From: Amphiscolops sp. MND2022
Taxonomy: Eukaryota
Direction: 5' to 3'
NCBI GenBank assembly: GCA_964187785.1
Contig: OZ076409.1
Location: 36,334,001-36,398,000 of the forward strand
DNA: 64,000 nt
Shown here piece after piece: positions 41,913 to 56,405 of the stretch (positions within the stretch are counted from its first letter, which is position 1; each line of letters begins with the position of its first letter). The notes below the pieces were generated by a model that was given only the letters and a program-made list of their open reading frames with translations, made no database searches and had not been told where the DNA came from. Position numbers and translations under genes: made by a program.

Positions 41913-42844
41913 GGAACTACAGCTCGAATGCGACCATTGATTGACGGCTGGCTGCAAGTATGGCGCCATAGCTTGACATCTGGAGGGGAAAGTATGCAAA
42001 AAGGGAGCCGACTTAGAAACGCAGAACTGCCAACGTATTTCACTGTCGACTCCTTACATCGATACTGTTGCTATGAGCAATGGACAAGGCACGATCTTAG
42101 TGAAATTTTTTAGCAGGTAGATCAACTAATTTTCGAATTAATAACGCAAAATTTTTAAACTCCATTTTTGAAGACTTTGTGGATGAACAAAATAAGTGAT
42201 GTTTTTGAATATAGAATATTTGCTGAATTGATTTAAAACATTATTTCAATTCAGAAATCATGCCTATTTGTGTCAAAACGAGTTTTTTCCAGCATGGAAG
42301 ACATGTATGACATGCATTTCTGGAATAAATGGATCGGAACTTTGTTTTTGGCACTTTTTTCAACTTTTCCTGCCAACCATTGTCGCAACTAAAACATGCT
42401 TTTTTCAGCTAAAAGGTTTACCATGGTCAAAGTTCAATAGACAATCTTCTTTTGTTTCAGACCTACTTTTTGAAAAAAAAAATGAGTTCTTTGCTTCAAT
42501 TGTGTCTAAATAAGGTTTTTCAAAGGAAAAAAGAGTGAAAGTTGCAATCAAAAACGTTGGGAAGCATTTAGTGAACGTTCTGAAACAATTATTGAATTTT
42601 TTCGCAGAGTGCACTTACGTAAAATTTGAATATATTCCCTTCGTACTTGTCCAAAAGGACAAAAAAAAGACAGTGCCACAGCACCTGAAATGCCAATCGA
42701 TATAAACTTGGACCTCTGGCTTGTCAATAACAGCTGCTTAAAACAAAAGAATTTAGAGGAAAATAATTCACAAAAAAGTGTCACAAAAAATGGCTAGTGA
42801 CACTTCGAGAATTTTCGGTAAGAATCTCTACCTTTAATGGGCCA

Positions 42845-43070
42845 TGTGAGAGAGTGACCTTGACTCTCGAACTAATCTCACAAAAAGAGCAACTAAAATA
42901 ATTAAATTGAGCAAGTTGTAAATAAATATTACTAACAACATATATATTATTTAGAAACATAACTGTAAAGGAGTTTATTCAAGAGCAAACCATTTACAAC
43001 AAGGTCTTATCCAAAATACAGTATTGCTCAATATTATTCTTCTCTGACTTGTCATCGAGAGACTATAACA
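42845..43070 (+). repeat. 5' LTR of the Mag-like element
   Basis: TGTGAGAGAG...CTATAACA; direct repeat of 47624-47849. Confidence 0.95.
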
Positions 43071-43082
43071 TGGCGCTGCGAG
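43071..43082 (+). other. Primer-binding site, probably tRNA-Ser type
   Basis: TGGCGCTGCGAG immediately after the LTR CA; close to the complement of metazoan tRNA-Ser(CGA/UGA) 3' ends. Confidence 0.65.
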
Positions 43083-43087
43083 ACAAT

Positions 43088-46000
43088 ATGGACTCGAGCG
43101 GAGGAGCAGCTTCGAGCAGTCCGTCAGCTTTGGCGGGATTGCCAGCATTCTGGGACACAGCCGAATCATTAAAACAGAGTTGGAAAAGTGGTGGGATGTA
43201 TTTGTTGTAGCAGTCAACGCGAAACATTCAATATCGGTACAAGAATTATTGAGAGCACCCACCGAAAACAATCCAAGACAAACCGCACTAATCAACAACA
43301 TGAATGAACAGGCCGCCGAACGAAAAATGGTAAGTATTCTATGCTTATCCTTGGGATCGGCAGGACGAAAGAACTTGACAGATCGACATTCATACATGGT
43401 CATCTCAACAGCGAAACTTACAGAAATAAGAGACAATTGCGAGCAAATATTCAGAAAACAGCGGAACCGCACTTTAGAAAGATACTAGTTTTTCTCCAGA
43501 AAACAACGGAACAATGAAACACTGGAATGCACTGACAGGGTTAGCAGCACGATATGATTTCGAAAATCAAACAGAAAGCCTAATCATGGATGCTTTAATC
43601 CAGAATATGCACAACTAAACGGTGCAAGAACGGCTATGTACTGAGCCGGAAGAAATTCCACAAGAGGCACTACGATTTGCAGTGGCCTTCGAAGAACGAA
43701 TCAGTCAGCAAAAGAGCTTCACGGGATCAAATGACATGAAGAAAAAACCAGTCTTCGCAATTGACAACAAAGGGAAAAACCCGTGCACACGATGCGGGAT
43801 GGAATTCGTACAGAGCCACCTAACAATCTGCAAAACCAAAAATGAAAAACGCCGAAATTGGGGGATAATTGGCCATTTCATGCGGATGTGTAAACGCCCC
43901 AAAAATTCCAATTTCAGAGGAACTGGCAGATCCTCCAATAGAAGCGGATTACGGCGAGTAAACCTGACTGGACAAGCAGCGGATCAATCAGAGGGAAGCT
44001 CAGAATTGGACGAAGACAACGTGGTGCTAAGATTAGATGGGACAGGCGTACCCCCCCCTTCGTACTAAAAGGACGAATCAGTAAACAGCCGTTTACAACG
44101 ATGATCGACTCCGGGTCACCAATTACCATCTTCACACAAGATGACGTTCGGAAGATATTGAAGAGCAACGTGATGTTTGCCAGACCACTGCCGAAGAACA
44201 AAGAATACGTCGACTACAATGGAAAACCATTAAACCTAGTTGGGTTTATCAACGTAGATGTACAAGTGGGCAAGCGAACAATCAAAAGAGCGCGAATAGT
44301 AATTGCGAGAGACGGCAAGAAATCACTAGTGGGACGAGATTGGTTGACACAACTAACCTATAGAGTAGCGGAAGCAACCAAAGAAGGTGAGTGTACAAAC
44401 ACTGTAAATATTATTGAAAACAACGTAGAATTAGCACCAGAACTGAAAAGAATTTCACAAAAGTTTCCAAAGATTTTTAGCAGACAAGGTAAGATCACGG
44501 GACACACAAGAAAAATCGAATTCAAAGAAGGGGCAAGAATAACTCAACAGAAGGGAAGAAGAGCATCATTGCAACTGCAGGCAGCGGTGGACGCTGAAAT
44601 AAAAAATCTACTGGTGGCAGGCCACATCAAACGAGTAGACAAAGTAACAGATGAGATGTTCATCCAACCGGTTGTCATCACAGTCAAGAAGGACAGAAGT
44701 GTCAAAATAGCATTAGATGCCAGGTTGCTCAATAATGCCATTTTGAAGAACAAGTATCAAATGCCAAACCTGGAGAGCTTGATGGAGAAAGTGGCAGAAA
44801 TAGTAAACGACAACAATGACGGCGAAGCGTTCTTTACATCACTGGATATGCAGTAGGCATATGGGCAAACATCTCTACACCATGAAACAGCGAAGCACTG
44901 CAATTTTCAGATTGTAGGAGGTGAATCAACCGGAACCTACGCATTCAATACAGGATTCTACGGGCTAATAATCATGCCCCCCCCGAGTTTCAGACGATAA
45001 TGGATCAACTACTACACAAAACAAACAACGCATTTACATTCATAGATGATATCTTGATTGTGACGAAAGGAACAAAAGAAAAACACCTGAAACGAGTAGA
45101 AGACGTGATAAAAGTATTGAACGAAGCAAAGGTTTTCGCTTAAAACTGGAAAAATGTCAAATCGCAAAGAAAAATACAGAATGGCTGGGATACAAGCTTT
45201 CGGAAGAAGGCATTAAACCGATAGAAGAAAAAGTCCAAGCCATCACAGATACACTCAGGCCAAAGAACTTGAAGAACCTAAGGTCGTACATGGAGCAATA
45301 AACCAGATGACCCGATTTATTCCAATTTTGGCAAACTTACGCGCCCCATTAAGACCACTCATGAAAAAGGACAACGAATGGATTTGGCAAGAAAAAGACG
45401 AAAAGGCCTTCAATGAAACGAAGAAAGCAATAAAGAACATCACAGAATTAAAACACTTCAAAAGAAACTTACCCCTCCGAATTATATGCGACGCCAGCAA
45501 AGAAGGCCTAGGGGCAATTCTACAACAACAACACGAAGGAGGATGGGAAACCACTCGCTTCGCTTCCAGATTCCTAACTGAATTCGAGAAAAAGTATTCC
45601 ATAAACGAACTTGAATTACTAGCGGTAGTATGGGCAATAGAAAATTTCAGAAATTTTGTATATGGAACAGAGTTTGAAGTCGTTTCTGATCACAAAGCCC
45701 TAACTACCATTTTGAAGGACAATAGATCAAACAAAACATTCTCATCAAGGTTAACGAGATGGGTAGATAGACTCTTACCTTTTCAATTTAAAGTAGTACA
45801 CGCACCAGGCCGTACAATGGGAATGGCAGATTACCTCTCCAGACATCCATCTGAGTCCAATAATAACGAGAACAAAATTAAAGCAGAGGAATTATGGCAT
45901 AACTGGTTACTTACAGTAAATCAAATAATGAAAACTGATAATATTGTATCAGAAATTCAGAGGCCGCAACAAAAGCAGAATCAACCAATAGGAACGAAGT

Positions 46001-47392
46001 TGGCAAGTGCGAGCGACAAGCAAGGTAACCACACGTTGGCAAGTGAGAATGAGGCCTTGAAAGCAAACAAACAGCCATTTAAACAATGGAATGTAGAGAA
46101 AGTAACCAAGAAATAGCCATAGACTTTGCAGGACCTTTTCAAAACGCCGCGATCAACGCGGAGAAATATCTTTTAGTTTAGATCGATCATTTTTTTGGGT
46201 TGGCCGGAGGCGAAATTTCTAAGGAAACCCGCCACAGATAATGTAATAGAGTTCCTCAAGATTTACATCGCAAGACACGGAATACCCCAAGTAAAAAGAT
46301 CGGACCCAGCAACAATATTGCGAAGCAAACGGTTCAAGGAATTTTGTAAAAATAGACTAATCAAACATATAGAATGCCCTATCAGAGATCATAGAGGCAA
46401 CGAGAAAATAGAACGGTTAATAAGAACCATTAACGAACGCCTAAGAACAAATAAACAAATAATGGTAACAAAGGTAACTCAGGACTTTCAGAAATTTTAT
46501 TCGCTCTCCGAATGTATCCTACAAAAAATGGAATGGAAAGTCACCATACGAGATAAGCACGGGAAGAGAACCGAACACAATGAAAAGGCTAGTTATCAAT
46601 CGTGATCAGTTTATTTCAAAGCCCACAGACTTCAAGCTGACAGAAACAGATTTTGAATTGGTGCAAGATTCCACTATTCTGGTTCGAGAACCAACGCGAG
46701 GAAGTAAACTAGAAGGCGCATATAAGAAGCGAAAAAGAATTCTGCTGGAACAGACGGATTACACCGTAACCTTCTTACCAGCCGGAAATAAACAACCAAC
46801 CATCATCTCAAAAAGAGACATCGCCAGAGAGGACGGAAAAATCAACTGTGCTGCTCAAAAGGGGCAGACCGCTGGCTACTGGCAAGTCGCGGCGAAAAGT
46901 ACACAAACGAAGAACTGCCACACAACAGCGAGACCAACGCTGAAACTGATGTATCAATCCAAGAGATTGACAGTTTCCCGCCAGAACAACCAATCAGAAT
47001 AGAGAGAGAGGAGAAGAATAAAAAGAAAGAAAAAGCAGCAATAAAAAAACTGAAAGAAAAGGCACGAAAAAATTTAGAAACAAATGAAGAACAAAAGAAT
47101 GAAACAGAACAAATCCAAAGAAAAGATGACAACAATACTAGAAGAAGAAAGTGATGAAGAAGACCACACAACAAACAAACAAAACAGCAAACAACCGATC
47201 AAACAAGAATGCGAAGAAGAAATTACGGACAATACAGAAGGCGAGAAATTGGCAATTCGAGAAGAAGTGCCACAAACAGAAGAAGTGCCACCCCGACGTG
47301 ACACGATTCAACAAGAAAACCGCATACAACGCCACAAAACGGATTTCTACGGACAAAACGTAATGATCTCCAACATAGAAAGCCCGAATTGA
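43088..47392 (+). pseudogene. pol: Fragmented gag-pol of the Mag-like element
   Basis: Paired knuckle remnants CTRC..H..C / NWGIIGHFMRMC, PR IDSGS, RT FIDD (~45040), RH CDAS..ELELLAV..ADYLSR, IN core IDFAGP. The IN zinc-finger region appears deleted near 46090. Many stops and frameshifts. Confidence 0.9.
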
Positions 47393-47623
47393 AAACCCAA
47401 ATCGAAAGACCCCAGACAAACTCAAACTGAACGTATCCCAAATACGTATTTATATTGAAGTAAAATTGGAGCCTACATTCCTTCAGTTACATTTATGTTA
47501 CTTTGTAAAGTCATACAGCCTACATTGACATTGAGCTACCCTGTAAAGTTTTACAGTTATACATTACCTACATCAATCAGTTGTGCAGTTTAAAAATATT
47601 AAATTTTTCATTAGTTGAAGGGA

Positions 47624-47849
47624 TGTGAGAGAGTGACCTTGACTCTCGAACTAATCTCACAAAAAGAGCAACTAAAATAATTAAATTGAGCAAGGTGAAA
47701 ATAAATATTACTAACAACATATATATTATTTACAAACATAACTGTGAAGGAGTTTACTCAAGAGCAAACCATTTGCCACAAGTTCTTATCCATAATACAG
47801 TATTGCTCGAAATTATTCTTCTCTGACATGTCATCGAGGGACTATAACA
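47624..47849 (+). repeat. 3' LTR of the Mag-like element
   Basis: Direct repeat of 42845-43070. Confidence 0.95.
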
Positions 47850-48179
47850 GGCTATCTTCCAAGGCTTTTAATTAATTGCCGACAAACGTTTTTCGCATCG
47901 CTCTAAAATGCTTCCGAAATTATTTTCAATCGAGAAACCTGCAGTTGTTTTGGTATTTTTCGCCCATATCCCAAATCGGAAAGGAAAATATATAAATCAA
48001 ACGGTTTTTTTTTACAAAATAGGCCTAGCACCAAACTTATATTTAACTTTAAGGCTTTTACCTATAGAATTCAACTCACACAAGTTCAGCTTCCTGCAAT
48101 ATGTGTTTGTGACGGTTTCTGGATTTTTTGGTTGACCCCATGACCCCAGAATGGTCCCGAAATGAAAGAAGTCCCAATT

Positions 48180-49010
48180 TTTTTACGTTTTAATGCAGTT
48201 TTTGTCAATTTTTTGTTAGATATCGTAAATGAGAATGTTAAAAACGTTCAACAAGGCACAAATTCATTGTCCAATAGTCTTCCATGAAGAGATAAATGCT
48301 GTTTCCCGAAAGAAAAAGATCTCAAATTGACACCGAAACTGACAAAAAACAAAAATTTCCCGATTTTTACCGTTTTTATGCAATTTCAGTCGCATTTTCG
48401 ACAGACTCCGTGAAATGGAATGTTGAAAAGAGCCAACAAGGAAAAAGTTCGTTGTCCAGTAGGCTTTTCTGAAGAGTGTATTACACTTTTCTGAATGAAA
48501 AATGTATCAAATTGGCATTGAAAATGCCAACTTTCAAAGTTTTCATGATGTTGTGAATTCGTATCTTTGAAAAAGTCAACAAGGAAAAAGTTGGTTGTCC
48601 AGTCTGCTTAGTGAGGAGACACAATTCAGTTTTTCAATCTAAAAATGTCTGGAATTGACGACAAAAAAAAACAAAATTTCGAGCTTTTCCGCAAATTCAA
48701 CATTTTTGTTCAGTTTTCGTCAAATTATTGATAGACTTCGTGGACTAGAATGTTAAAACCCCTAAACAATGGGAAAACGTGTTGCTTCAGTGAGCTTTCG
48801 TCAAGCCATAAAGTCTTTTTGTATAGGAACAATGCCTCCAATTGATCCTGAAATTGTCAAAATATTTGATAGTTCGTCGTTTTTGATGCAATTTCCGTAC
48901 AATTTCCGAGAGAATTTGTTATATGTTCCAACACACGCAACAACGGAAGAACGAGCTTTGCAGCAAAGTTCTTGAAGAGAACGTTGCAGCGTTTTTTTTC
49001 AAAAATACTT
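48180..49010. repeat. Degenerate tandem array, ~5 units of ~140-190 bp
   Basis: GAATGTT..CAACAAGG..TTGTCCA..AATTGAC-like motif recurs near 48249, 48434, 48577, 48765 and 48938. Confidence 0.7.
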
Positions 49011-49278
49011 CAGAGGGACTACAAATGAGTTCAAAAATTTTAACATCATCACAATTAATGCGACTTATGTGTACTTTTTGAATCGTTTTGTAATCAGAAT
49101 ATTGGCAAACAATTAACATATATTGAACTCATAACTTGGTAGGCTTTTAAAGAAATACTTGCAGACTTCAGTTGGAAAATGACTAATTATTGACAGCAAA
49201 AAGTCGAAAATGTAGAATTTTGCAGGTTTCTCTGTGCCAAAAATTATCCCAAAAAAACGCCTGAGACACGGAAACCAC

Positions 49279-49841
49279 TTTTCCCCAACAGGAATCACAA
49301 AAATTCAATATTTTCAATTTTTTGGTAAAGTCCTATGATGGAGAAAAAAGTTTCAACTCGCAAAATTACTCTCCCAAGCCGAAATCAGGTATGAAAGCAA
49401 GGGGGTACCCTTCGACCAATGAAAGTTTCGGGAAGACACACAAACCCGAAAAAACTGAAATGAGGTATTTTCCACAATCAGTAAGAAAACTCATCAGTTT
49501 CACATGATCAAATGTAACAAAGAGCTCACCCTCAAGACTCGGGAAACTTATTACCCCTACAGAAAACCTACTCAAAAACTAAAAATTGCGATAAATTTCT
49601 CTTTACTCGTTAAGTCGCATAGTGCCAAATAAAAACGAAAAGTGGCCAGCTATCGCAGAAATAATAAATTAGGTGTTTCCTGCAAAATGGGCCTGAAAAT
49701 GGGCTAAGCTGAATCAAAGCTTCTTTTCTTCGAATTTCTCTGCGTTTTTATAGTGCATAGGCTATTCTTGAGCCTCAAATATATGTAGTTGTAGAACAAT
49801 TTGGGGCGGAAAATATCTCACTGGTCAGAGGGCGTCTTGTT
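49279..49841 (+). mobile_element. HINE family B, long variant (partner 14131-14714)
   Basis: Starts TTTTCCCCAACAGGAATC; ends GGCGGAAAATATCTCACTGGTCAGAGGGCGTCTTGTT. Confidence 0.7.
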
Positions 49842-52800
49842 ATATTTTTGATCAATTTCCAAGACTTATTTTTCGACACTTTATTCTTTTTTTCCATTCA
49901 TTCGCTAAATATCTGGCTCTGAATTACTGTTTTTCTGGGTGAGTAATAGAAACCGTTTTCATGTTTTTGCCGAAATATGCGTTGGGATTAAATGAAATCA
50001 AGTGGCAGACGACTATATCACAGAACAGTTAGCGCAAATAAAAAGGAATTACTTATATGCGAGTTACAAAGTTATCTTCGAATGGCAGAAGTTCTAGGTA
50101 GGTACAAGGATACCAGGTGTTGAACGTTTTATTCATTTTAGTGCAGACGGAATGGCATTTCTAACTGGAAAAAAAACGAAAAGTTTTGAAAAAAAGTACT
50201 GACTCCAAAAAAAGAACACCATATCAGCAAAAGAGTAATTGGCTACTTTGTATGTATGTATATCCATGATTGTTCGTATTTCCAAGATTTGGTCATGGTT
50301 TAAAACAAATAGCTAAAAGTTCCCAACTTTTCCCTAGCCAGTTCTAAAGACGGATAAGGAAAAGCTGCGCTCTCAAGCTTTATCAAGTTTTTCAACCTTA
50401 TCTTGGTTGAATATTACCTGCTGATTTGTTCCTTTTTCCTGCTTCTGAAAAATAGAACGGCAAACGACTTGCTTATACAACACTGGAGTAAGAAGACACG
50501 CGGTGTCAAATTTAGATTTTGGCATATAAGCTTGATGAATCAATCGTCCCTGAATCAGGCAAAATTCGTGCCAAAATTGCTGCATTGCTCCGTCTGATTG
50601 AAAAGAGTCTTCAAATATTATTTCACGAGTACTTAGTCCCATCTTACCATTTCAGTTTACTCCACTAGCGCCAATCGTAGCGTAGTTTTTCCCTGATATT
50701 ACTTTATTTCAAAAGGTAACAAACTCTCATGGGATTGAATTTTCTTCGCATCAATTATCTTCTCTAATTACATTAGAGATACTTCTGTAATGAGCATTAA
50801 AAAACCGTATTTCGACAAATATCTTTAGAATGCTTCCAGTTTTCTCGTGGACATGTCAAATTGATCCGATAAAACTGCTATGAATGGCAAGTGACATATG
50901 TCAGAGCACGAAGCGGCTTTAACTCTAATTAAAAAAGTTGTTCGTCAAATCTGATTGCAAAAAGCTGCAATTTCTAAATTGATTTTTTCTTCATATTAAA
51001 AAACTGGAAGCACTTTCAAGTAACATCCTGGCCAGTTGAAATTTAGAAAAAAAAAGAGAAAACTGATCCGCCTTGTAGCAGAAAGATTTATTCATAGGAA
51101 AGAAAACCAAAACATGATTCATCAAAATGCGAGAAAATTCCGTTTACATTTTAAAATTTTTTCATTCTCGCTGAATTTTCGATGTGACATCTCGTTTGCA
51201 ATCTCGGAATTAGTTTTGTGAGAAAAGATGAAGTTTAGAAGTTTAATAAAAAGCTGTTTAATTATTCATAACTGCCGTTTGCTTTGAATAATTTTGGAGG
51301 AGCCGTAAACTCTACCCCCAGATGCAGAAATCGAATGAGCTGGTCTTAATTGTTACTGTAATTTGATCCCCCTTTCCAAATCCGCAACTTTTGACCACAT
51401 CAGTATTTTGTCGATAGAAAAACAAACATTTACGGAAACTCATACACCAGCTGATTGTTTCTGAAAACGCTTTCAACTTCCGCAGAGAAGATCAACCAAA
51501 AATGAATAGACAAAAAAGAGAAACTTCAATTAGGCGTAATATGTAAAATCTCAACAAATGTGTTCCCGATTTTAATAGAAAGAGATGCGAAGAGAAAAAG
51601 ATTGGAATACAATAGAGAAAAGTTGATTGAAAAACTCTTGAAAAACTTGACTTCAACAGAAAATTGAGAAAAAATTCGTTGAAACACTGTTCTATTCTAC
51701 TAGTCTAACTGATAAGAGAAAAGAATATTGTTGAAATTAAAATCTCTAGTTCTCGACAGTATTGAACTATAGGTAATTGTATAAATGCATCAAATGTAAA
51801 TTGTCAACAACTCTACTTACTCTAACTGGTACGTAGACAGTTTGTAGGTTTGTAGACTCTTGGTTGAGGTCATGGAATTCAGAGTGAACCGAATATGACA
51901 GTTCCCCCTCTATTCTTTTCTCGCGTAGTTTCTCTAGATTCAACTTGAGGGGCCTGGTGTTGTAGTATCCTCCGGTGGGAAATCCGCTGCTTTTTGAATC
52001 ATCTCCGGTTCGGGCGTTCCTTTATGTCGGTTCCACACAGTACCTGTATTATAGATAATGTTCATTAAACATTTTAAATTCACCCCCAGAAGTTTCCCGT
52101 GTAAGGTATACTGCCGTATCTATTCGGTTTTTACTATCCCGGTTAGATTGTCTCATTTGTGTTTTTAAATTCTCACCCGGTATTTCAATATCGGTGTGTA
52201 GCTGCAGTGTGTCTTCTTCCGGATTTGTCCGTATTGGCACATATCTCCGGTCTCTTTCGGTGTCAAAAAGATCTGACGTGGTTGAAGTTTGGAAACAAAA
52301 AAATTACCTCAAAGGCCTTTTTATAGATACCCGAGGCGCTACTAAACGCAATCAATAACCCGAAAGAGGCTCTCAGTTGAGGTAGGGAAACAAGCTTACA
52401 GCAATGTCTCGAAAAATAAGAACTTTAGACAATTTTTGTTGTTTTGGCCAAAATAGCTTGCTGGTCAAAACTTTCCGTCATAATTTCAGTACAACAGGGT
52501 ACTAGAAGGAAATTTATAAGCAATTTTTTTAAAGCTATCAAGACAAGGCTGTTAGAGGATATTAAAATACTAGGAATGCCTCGAAGACGAAGTTTTTTGA
52601 GTAAATTGAAACGCTGTTGTGTTCGAAAAACTTATGAAGTCAAAACTTGTTCAGATGGAATTATCGGCCAAAATGTAGCTCGGAAATTTGCTTGAGTGTC
52701 TACGCAAAAAAAACGAAACCGATGTTTGAAATACTTATGAGAAATAATCCCGAAACCCATTGGCCGGATGTCATGTAAGCCGGGAAGAAACATCAAAAAG

Positions 52801-53222
52801 TGCAGCAAGAAGTCATATCGCTTCTCACGAATCTAAACAAACAATGGTTTCGAGCTGATTGTTTTAAATTGTTGATGTTTTATTTGATGATGATAATGAA
52901 AATCTTCGAAGAAATCTAGGGATGGCAATTCAGTTTTGGAAACAACTGAAATTGAATTTTTGTTATCGAAGATGTGGCTTCAAAAAGACTACACTTGTGT
53001 GTTTCAAAGTTCTCAAGGAAACTTTGAAATCTAAATGATCACCCAAAATCGATAGACAAACTTGAAAATTTTAATACAAAGAGCCATTTCTGAAAGTTCC
53101 ATGAAGAACTTTCTCTAGAAGAAACCAGTTTGTTGTATGCACCTTTGAAACTTCTCCACAAAAGTTTCAAGCTACTGGTGTTTCCAAGAAAGAAAAGTAG
53201 GCCTGTCTACGTTTTTTCATTA

Positions 53223-54275
53223 CAGTGCACAAGTAAGCTATTTTGCTGCTTTTCGTGGAATCCGGGACACGAAAATTGAGAAAAGTCGTGGACTCCAGGA
53301 CAAAATTTCTCTTTGATGTTAAGGGTGTCTTGGATTCCACGACAGTGCTTGTCCTGGATTCCACGCCATTACTGCTGGTATAACGACACTTTTGCCGCTG
53401 CTCTCTGATTGGTCCGCTTATTTTGAGTGATCAATATTGGAAATGCAGAAGATCTTAAATTAAATCAATTTTATATCGATGGAACTTGTTTTGATTGACA
53501 CGAAAAGTCCCAAAGTACGAATAAAGATACTCATGACTGGTACCAAAATTGAAGCATGTCATCAAATAATGGCAGATTGTGATGATCTGGCAGTTTGTTC
53601 AAACTGGTACTAAACTTTGAAAAATACGAGTATTTGTGTAATTTAAATGTATTCATTTTGCATCATTATTATTGGAAAGGCAGAAGAATTCATATTAATT
53701 CAATTTTATATCATTGGAAATTGTTTTGATTGCCACGAAAAATCCCAAAGTACGAATAGAGATACTCATGACTGGTACCAAACTTGCAGCATGTCATCAA
53801 ATAACGGCAGATTGTGATGATCTGGCAATTTGTTCAAAACAGGACTAAACATCGAAAAATACGAAAATTTGTGTGATATTGGTGTGTTTGTCTGAATCAT
53901 TTTGGAGTATTATACGTTATTATACGAAAAGTAGTGCATAATATTATGTTTGTTTAGTCATCCACTTGAATTTAATTCAAGAAGAGATGCCGCGAATCGC
54001 GTCAAGCACAAAGTCGTGGAATTCAGGAAATTTATTTCTGCAATCTGATTGGTTCATTTTGCAAAACTTACGTTTTTGTGGAATCCGGGACACAGCGGCA
54101 TGCCGACAGTGCGCACAACTAAGCATTTGTTACTGGAATCCACGACGAAATCCGTGGAATCCGGGACATATGACGTATTTTGCCAATTTTGCACGTTTAA
54201 AGGTATGGTCGTGGAATCCGAGGTATTGAAAGCACATAGTTGCGCTTTGAGTAAATTAAGCTTGCCTATGCACTC
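53223..54275. mobile_element. Non-autonomous Tc1/mariner-like element (MITE)
   Basis: TA on both sides; imperfect TIRs CAGTGCACAAGTAAGCT / AGCTTGCCTATGCACTC; many subterminal CGTGGAATCCGGGACA motifs in both orientations; internal 235-bp tandem duplication (53436 and 53671). Confidence 0.6.
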
Positions 54276-56221
54276 TAATGTTGGTTTTACCGGCATCCCT
54301 CATTTTGAAAATGAAGTGCTAGCAGTTTTGAACTTTACATAGAAGAGACTGTCAAAGAGTGGCTCAATCAACTTCGTAATGAGATGCAACAAAAGTTTTT
54401 TCCTGAGAATATTGCACAAAACAACAAACCGACAACCCGCTGGCGTCAAAAAGGACTCTTCTGTTCGACCTATTGCAGAACTGTAGTCAGAAGGAAATCA
54501 CTAGAAAACACTTCGCGAAAAGCATTCACTTGGTTGAAGTGAGTGGACTTACTCCCGGAGAATATTGAGTCTTCCAGTAAGTTTGACCTTGAGATGCCGA
54601 AGAAAATTTTGGATACATCCAAAAATTGGGTGCTTAAACTTTAAACCGCAATATCTCCTAAACTATTCAAGTCCGACAAACGATTTATACAGCGTTCGTA
54701 AGAAGAGCACCTGGGCTTTCAAATCAATTTTTAAACTGCTGGGCTGGGGGCTCTTTGGCTCCTTGCGCGCAACGTTTTTTGCGCGAAGTCCTCCGCTGGC
54801 GTGCGGCCTCGCCGCACTGGCTCCGGGCTTTGCGCCAAAACTTTGCACGCGTCGTGTCTCTGATTGCTGTTCAGCATGTTTCAAAGCATGCTGGGGCCGC
54901 TTTGATCCGAAGTTGATACCAGTGGAAAAATAGGGCCACAACCGAAAATTGGAAAAACGGAAAATCTGCACTCAATTTTTTTGATTTTTTGGTCCCAATT
55001 TCTGGATTTCGGAGACATCACGTCAATATTCCGTGAAGAGGCGCCGAATGTTATGCATTATCGTCTGAAAATCTTATTCAAGAGTTTTCTTAACCATACA
55101 AATCAGCTGGTGCGTTCAGAATTTGCAGAAACTAAATGTGCCGAATTCGGCACAGTGGCCAAGTTAGGGTTAATTGCGTAAATATACAAAAAATCCCATT
55201 GATTTATATATTGTTGCTAACAAACATATCTACTCAACTTTTTCCTGAGCTTGCAAAGTAAAACCTTTTTTCAATTCGTCCTAATAGGTTCTCGGGGCAA
55301 GGACTCGAAGAGCATGTACGCTCATTCCTCGTCCTTTTTGAATAGATTGATAGTTATTGATAGTTATTTGTATACATCATTGTTTTGTATCTGTTCTATC
55401 ATTACATCCAAATAAATTAACGCACTTATAGTTCCCTAAGAATTTTTCCTTTTTAGTGACAACGAAGAATTTTTCAAGCGCGAAAGTCATTTTCGGTTTT
55501 GAATAAAAACGTTCTGTGGAAGAGATGGCTAAAACTGCAGTGTTTCGTAGTTAAAGATAATTTCATGCAAAAACCTAAACTTCTAAGAGCGTGTTAATAG
55601 TTTAGCAAAAACACTTAAAATGAACTTGCGGGACTTTAATCGTTCCAGTTTACATTTGTTCAATTGATTGATTTTTTTCCGCACTCTCTGTTTTTCTTTA
55701 TATCCAAAGTAGAATTTTCATGCTAATTTCTATGCCAAATCTTGTCACTGATGGGTTCTAACTTTAAATAAAAGCAACCACTTCAATTAAATTTGTAAGA
55801 CCACTGCGAAATTGCCCGATTCTGAATCGTGAGAACGTTTGCTTTCCAGAAAACCCAGCGACTCTGCAGCATGTTTACCAGACGTTTTCGATTTGTCCGG
55901 TTCACAAGTTTTACATTATAGTGCTAATTAGAGAAATGTTGAATCAGATACGTTGGGAATCATCCATCATTTCGCTGAACAAATCCACATATCCTTATGG
56001 CTTTACGAACAGTCGAAACGGAAAAGCACCTTTACTACAACTTTTAGCAGGACAAAGTTGAAACGAGGTATACTCCTTGATGAGTTTTTGACGGCTTATA
56101 CCAACAGATGAATTCTCCCCTCTCAAACTATTCTCCCCTAAATAGAAGAGCTGTTCAATCATTTCTACCTATCTTTCACTACCGTAGTAGTTGATAACTG
56201 CAATTGCAATATGTTTTGTTG

Positions 56222-56405
56222 TTTTCCGCCCGCTTAAATAGGGGAGGAAAATCACGATCTGTGTTTCGTTTTTTTTTCCAAATTCTGCCAAATCTCCTCT
56301 CAGTTTCACCTCACTTGACCAGTAACACTAGAGGTACTTGACTATTTTAATTACTTGACTATTCTAGTAGCGGAAAAGATCCCGGTGCTTAGCGGGCGTC
56401 TTGTT
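56222..56405 (+). mobile_element. HINE family B, complete miniature copy
   Basis: 5' TTTTCCGCCC..GGGGAGGAAAA hairpin; 3' GCGGAAAA-GATCCCG-GTGCTTAG-CGGG-CGTCTTGTT. Confidence 0.7.

Larger units (their letters stand above)
42845..47849 (+). mobile_element. Ty3/Gypsy LTR retrotransposon, Mag-like, decayed
   Basis: 226-bp TG..CA LTRs (13 differences by manual count, ~94% identity), 5-bp TSD GGCCA/GGCTA, PBS abutting the LTR, and GAAGGGA PPT remnant before 47624. Confidence 0.93.

Noticed and set aside
50370..50900. Minus-strand W..W.DGTK and QSDGA fragments suggesting a Tc1 transposase relic
   Set aside because: Too degenerate and the spacing is unconvincing; needs frameshift-aware BLASTX.
51540..52260. 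Possible 3' tail of another LTR element on the minus strand (RQSNR motif, purine run before TGTTGAG)
   Set aside because: No partner LTR or catalytic domain is visible.
54580..55174. GC-richer block ending AGGG|TTAA, like a piggyBac end
   Set aside because: No convincing matching left terminus or TTAA duplication.
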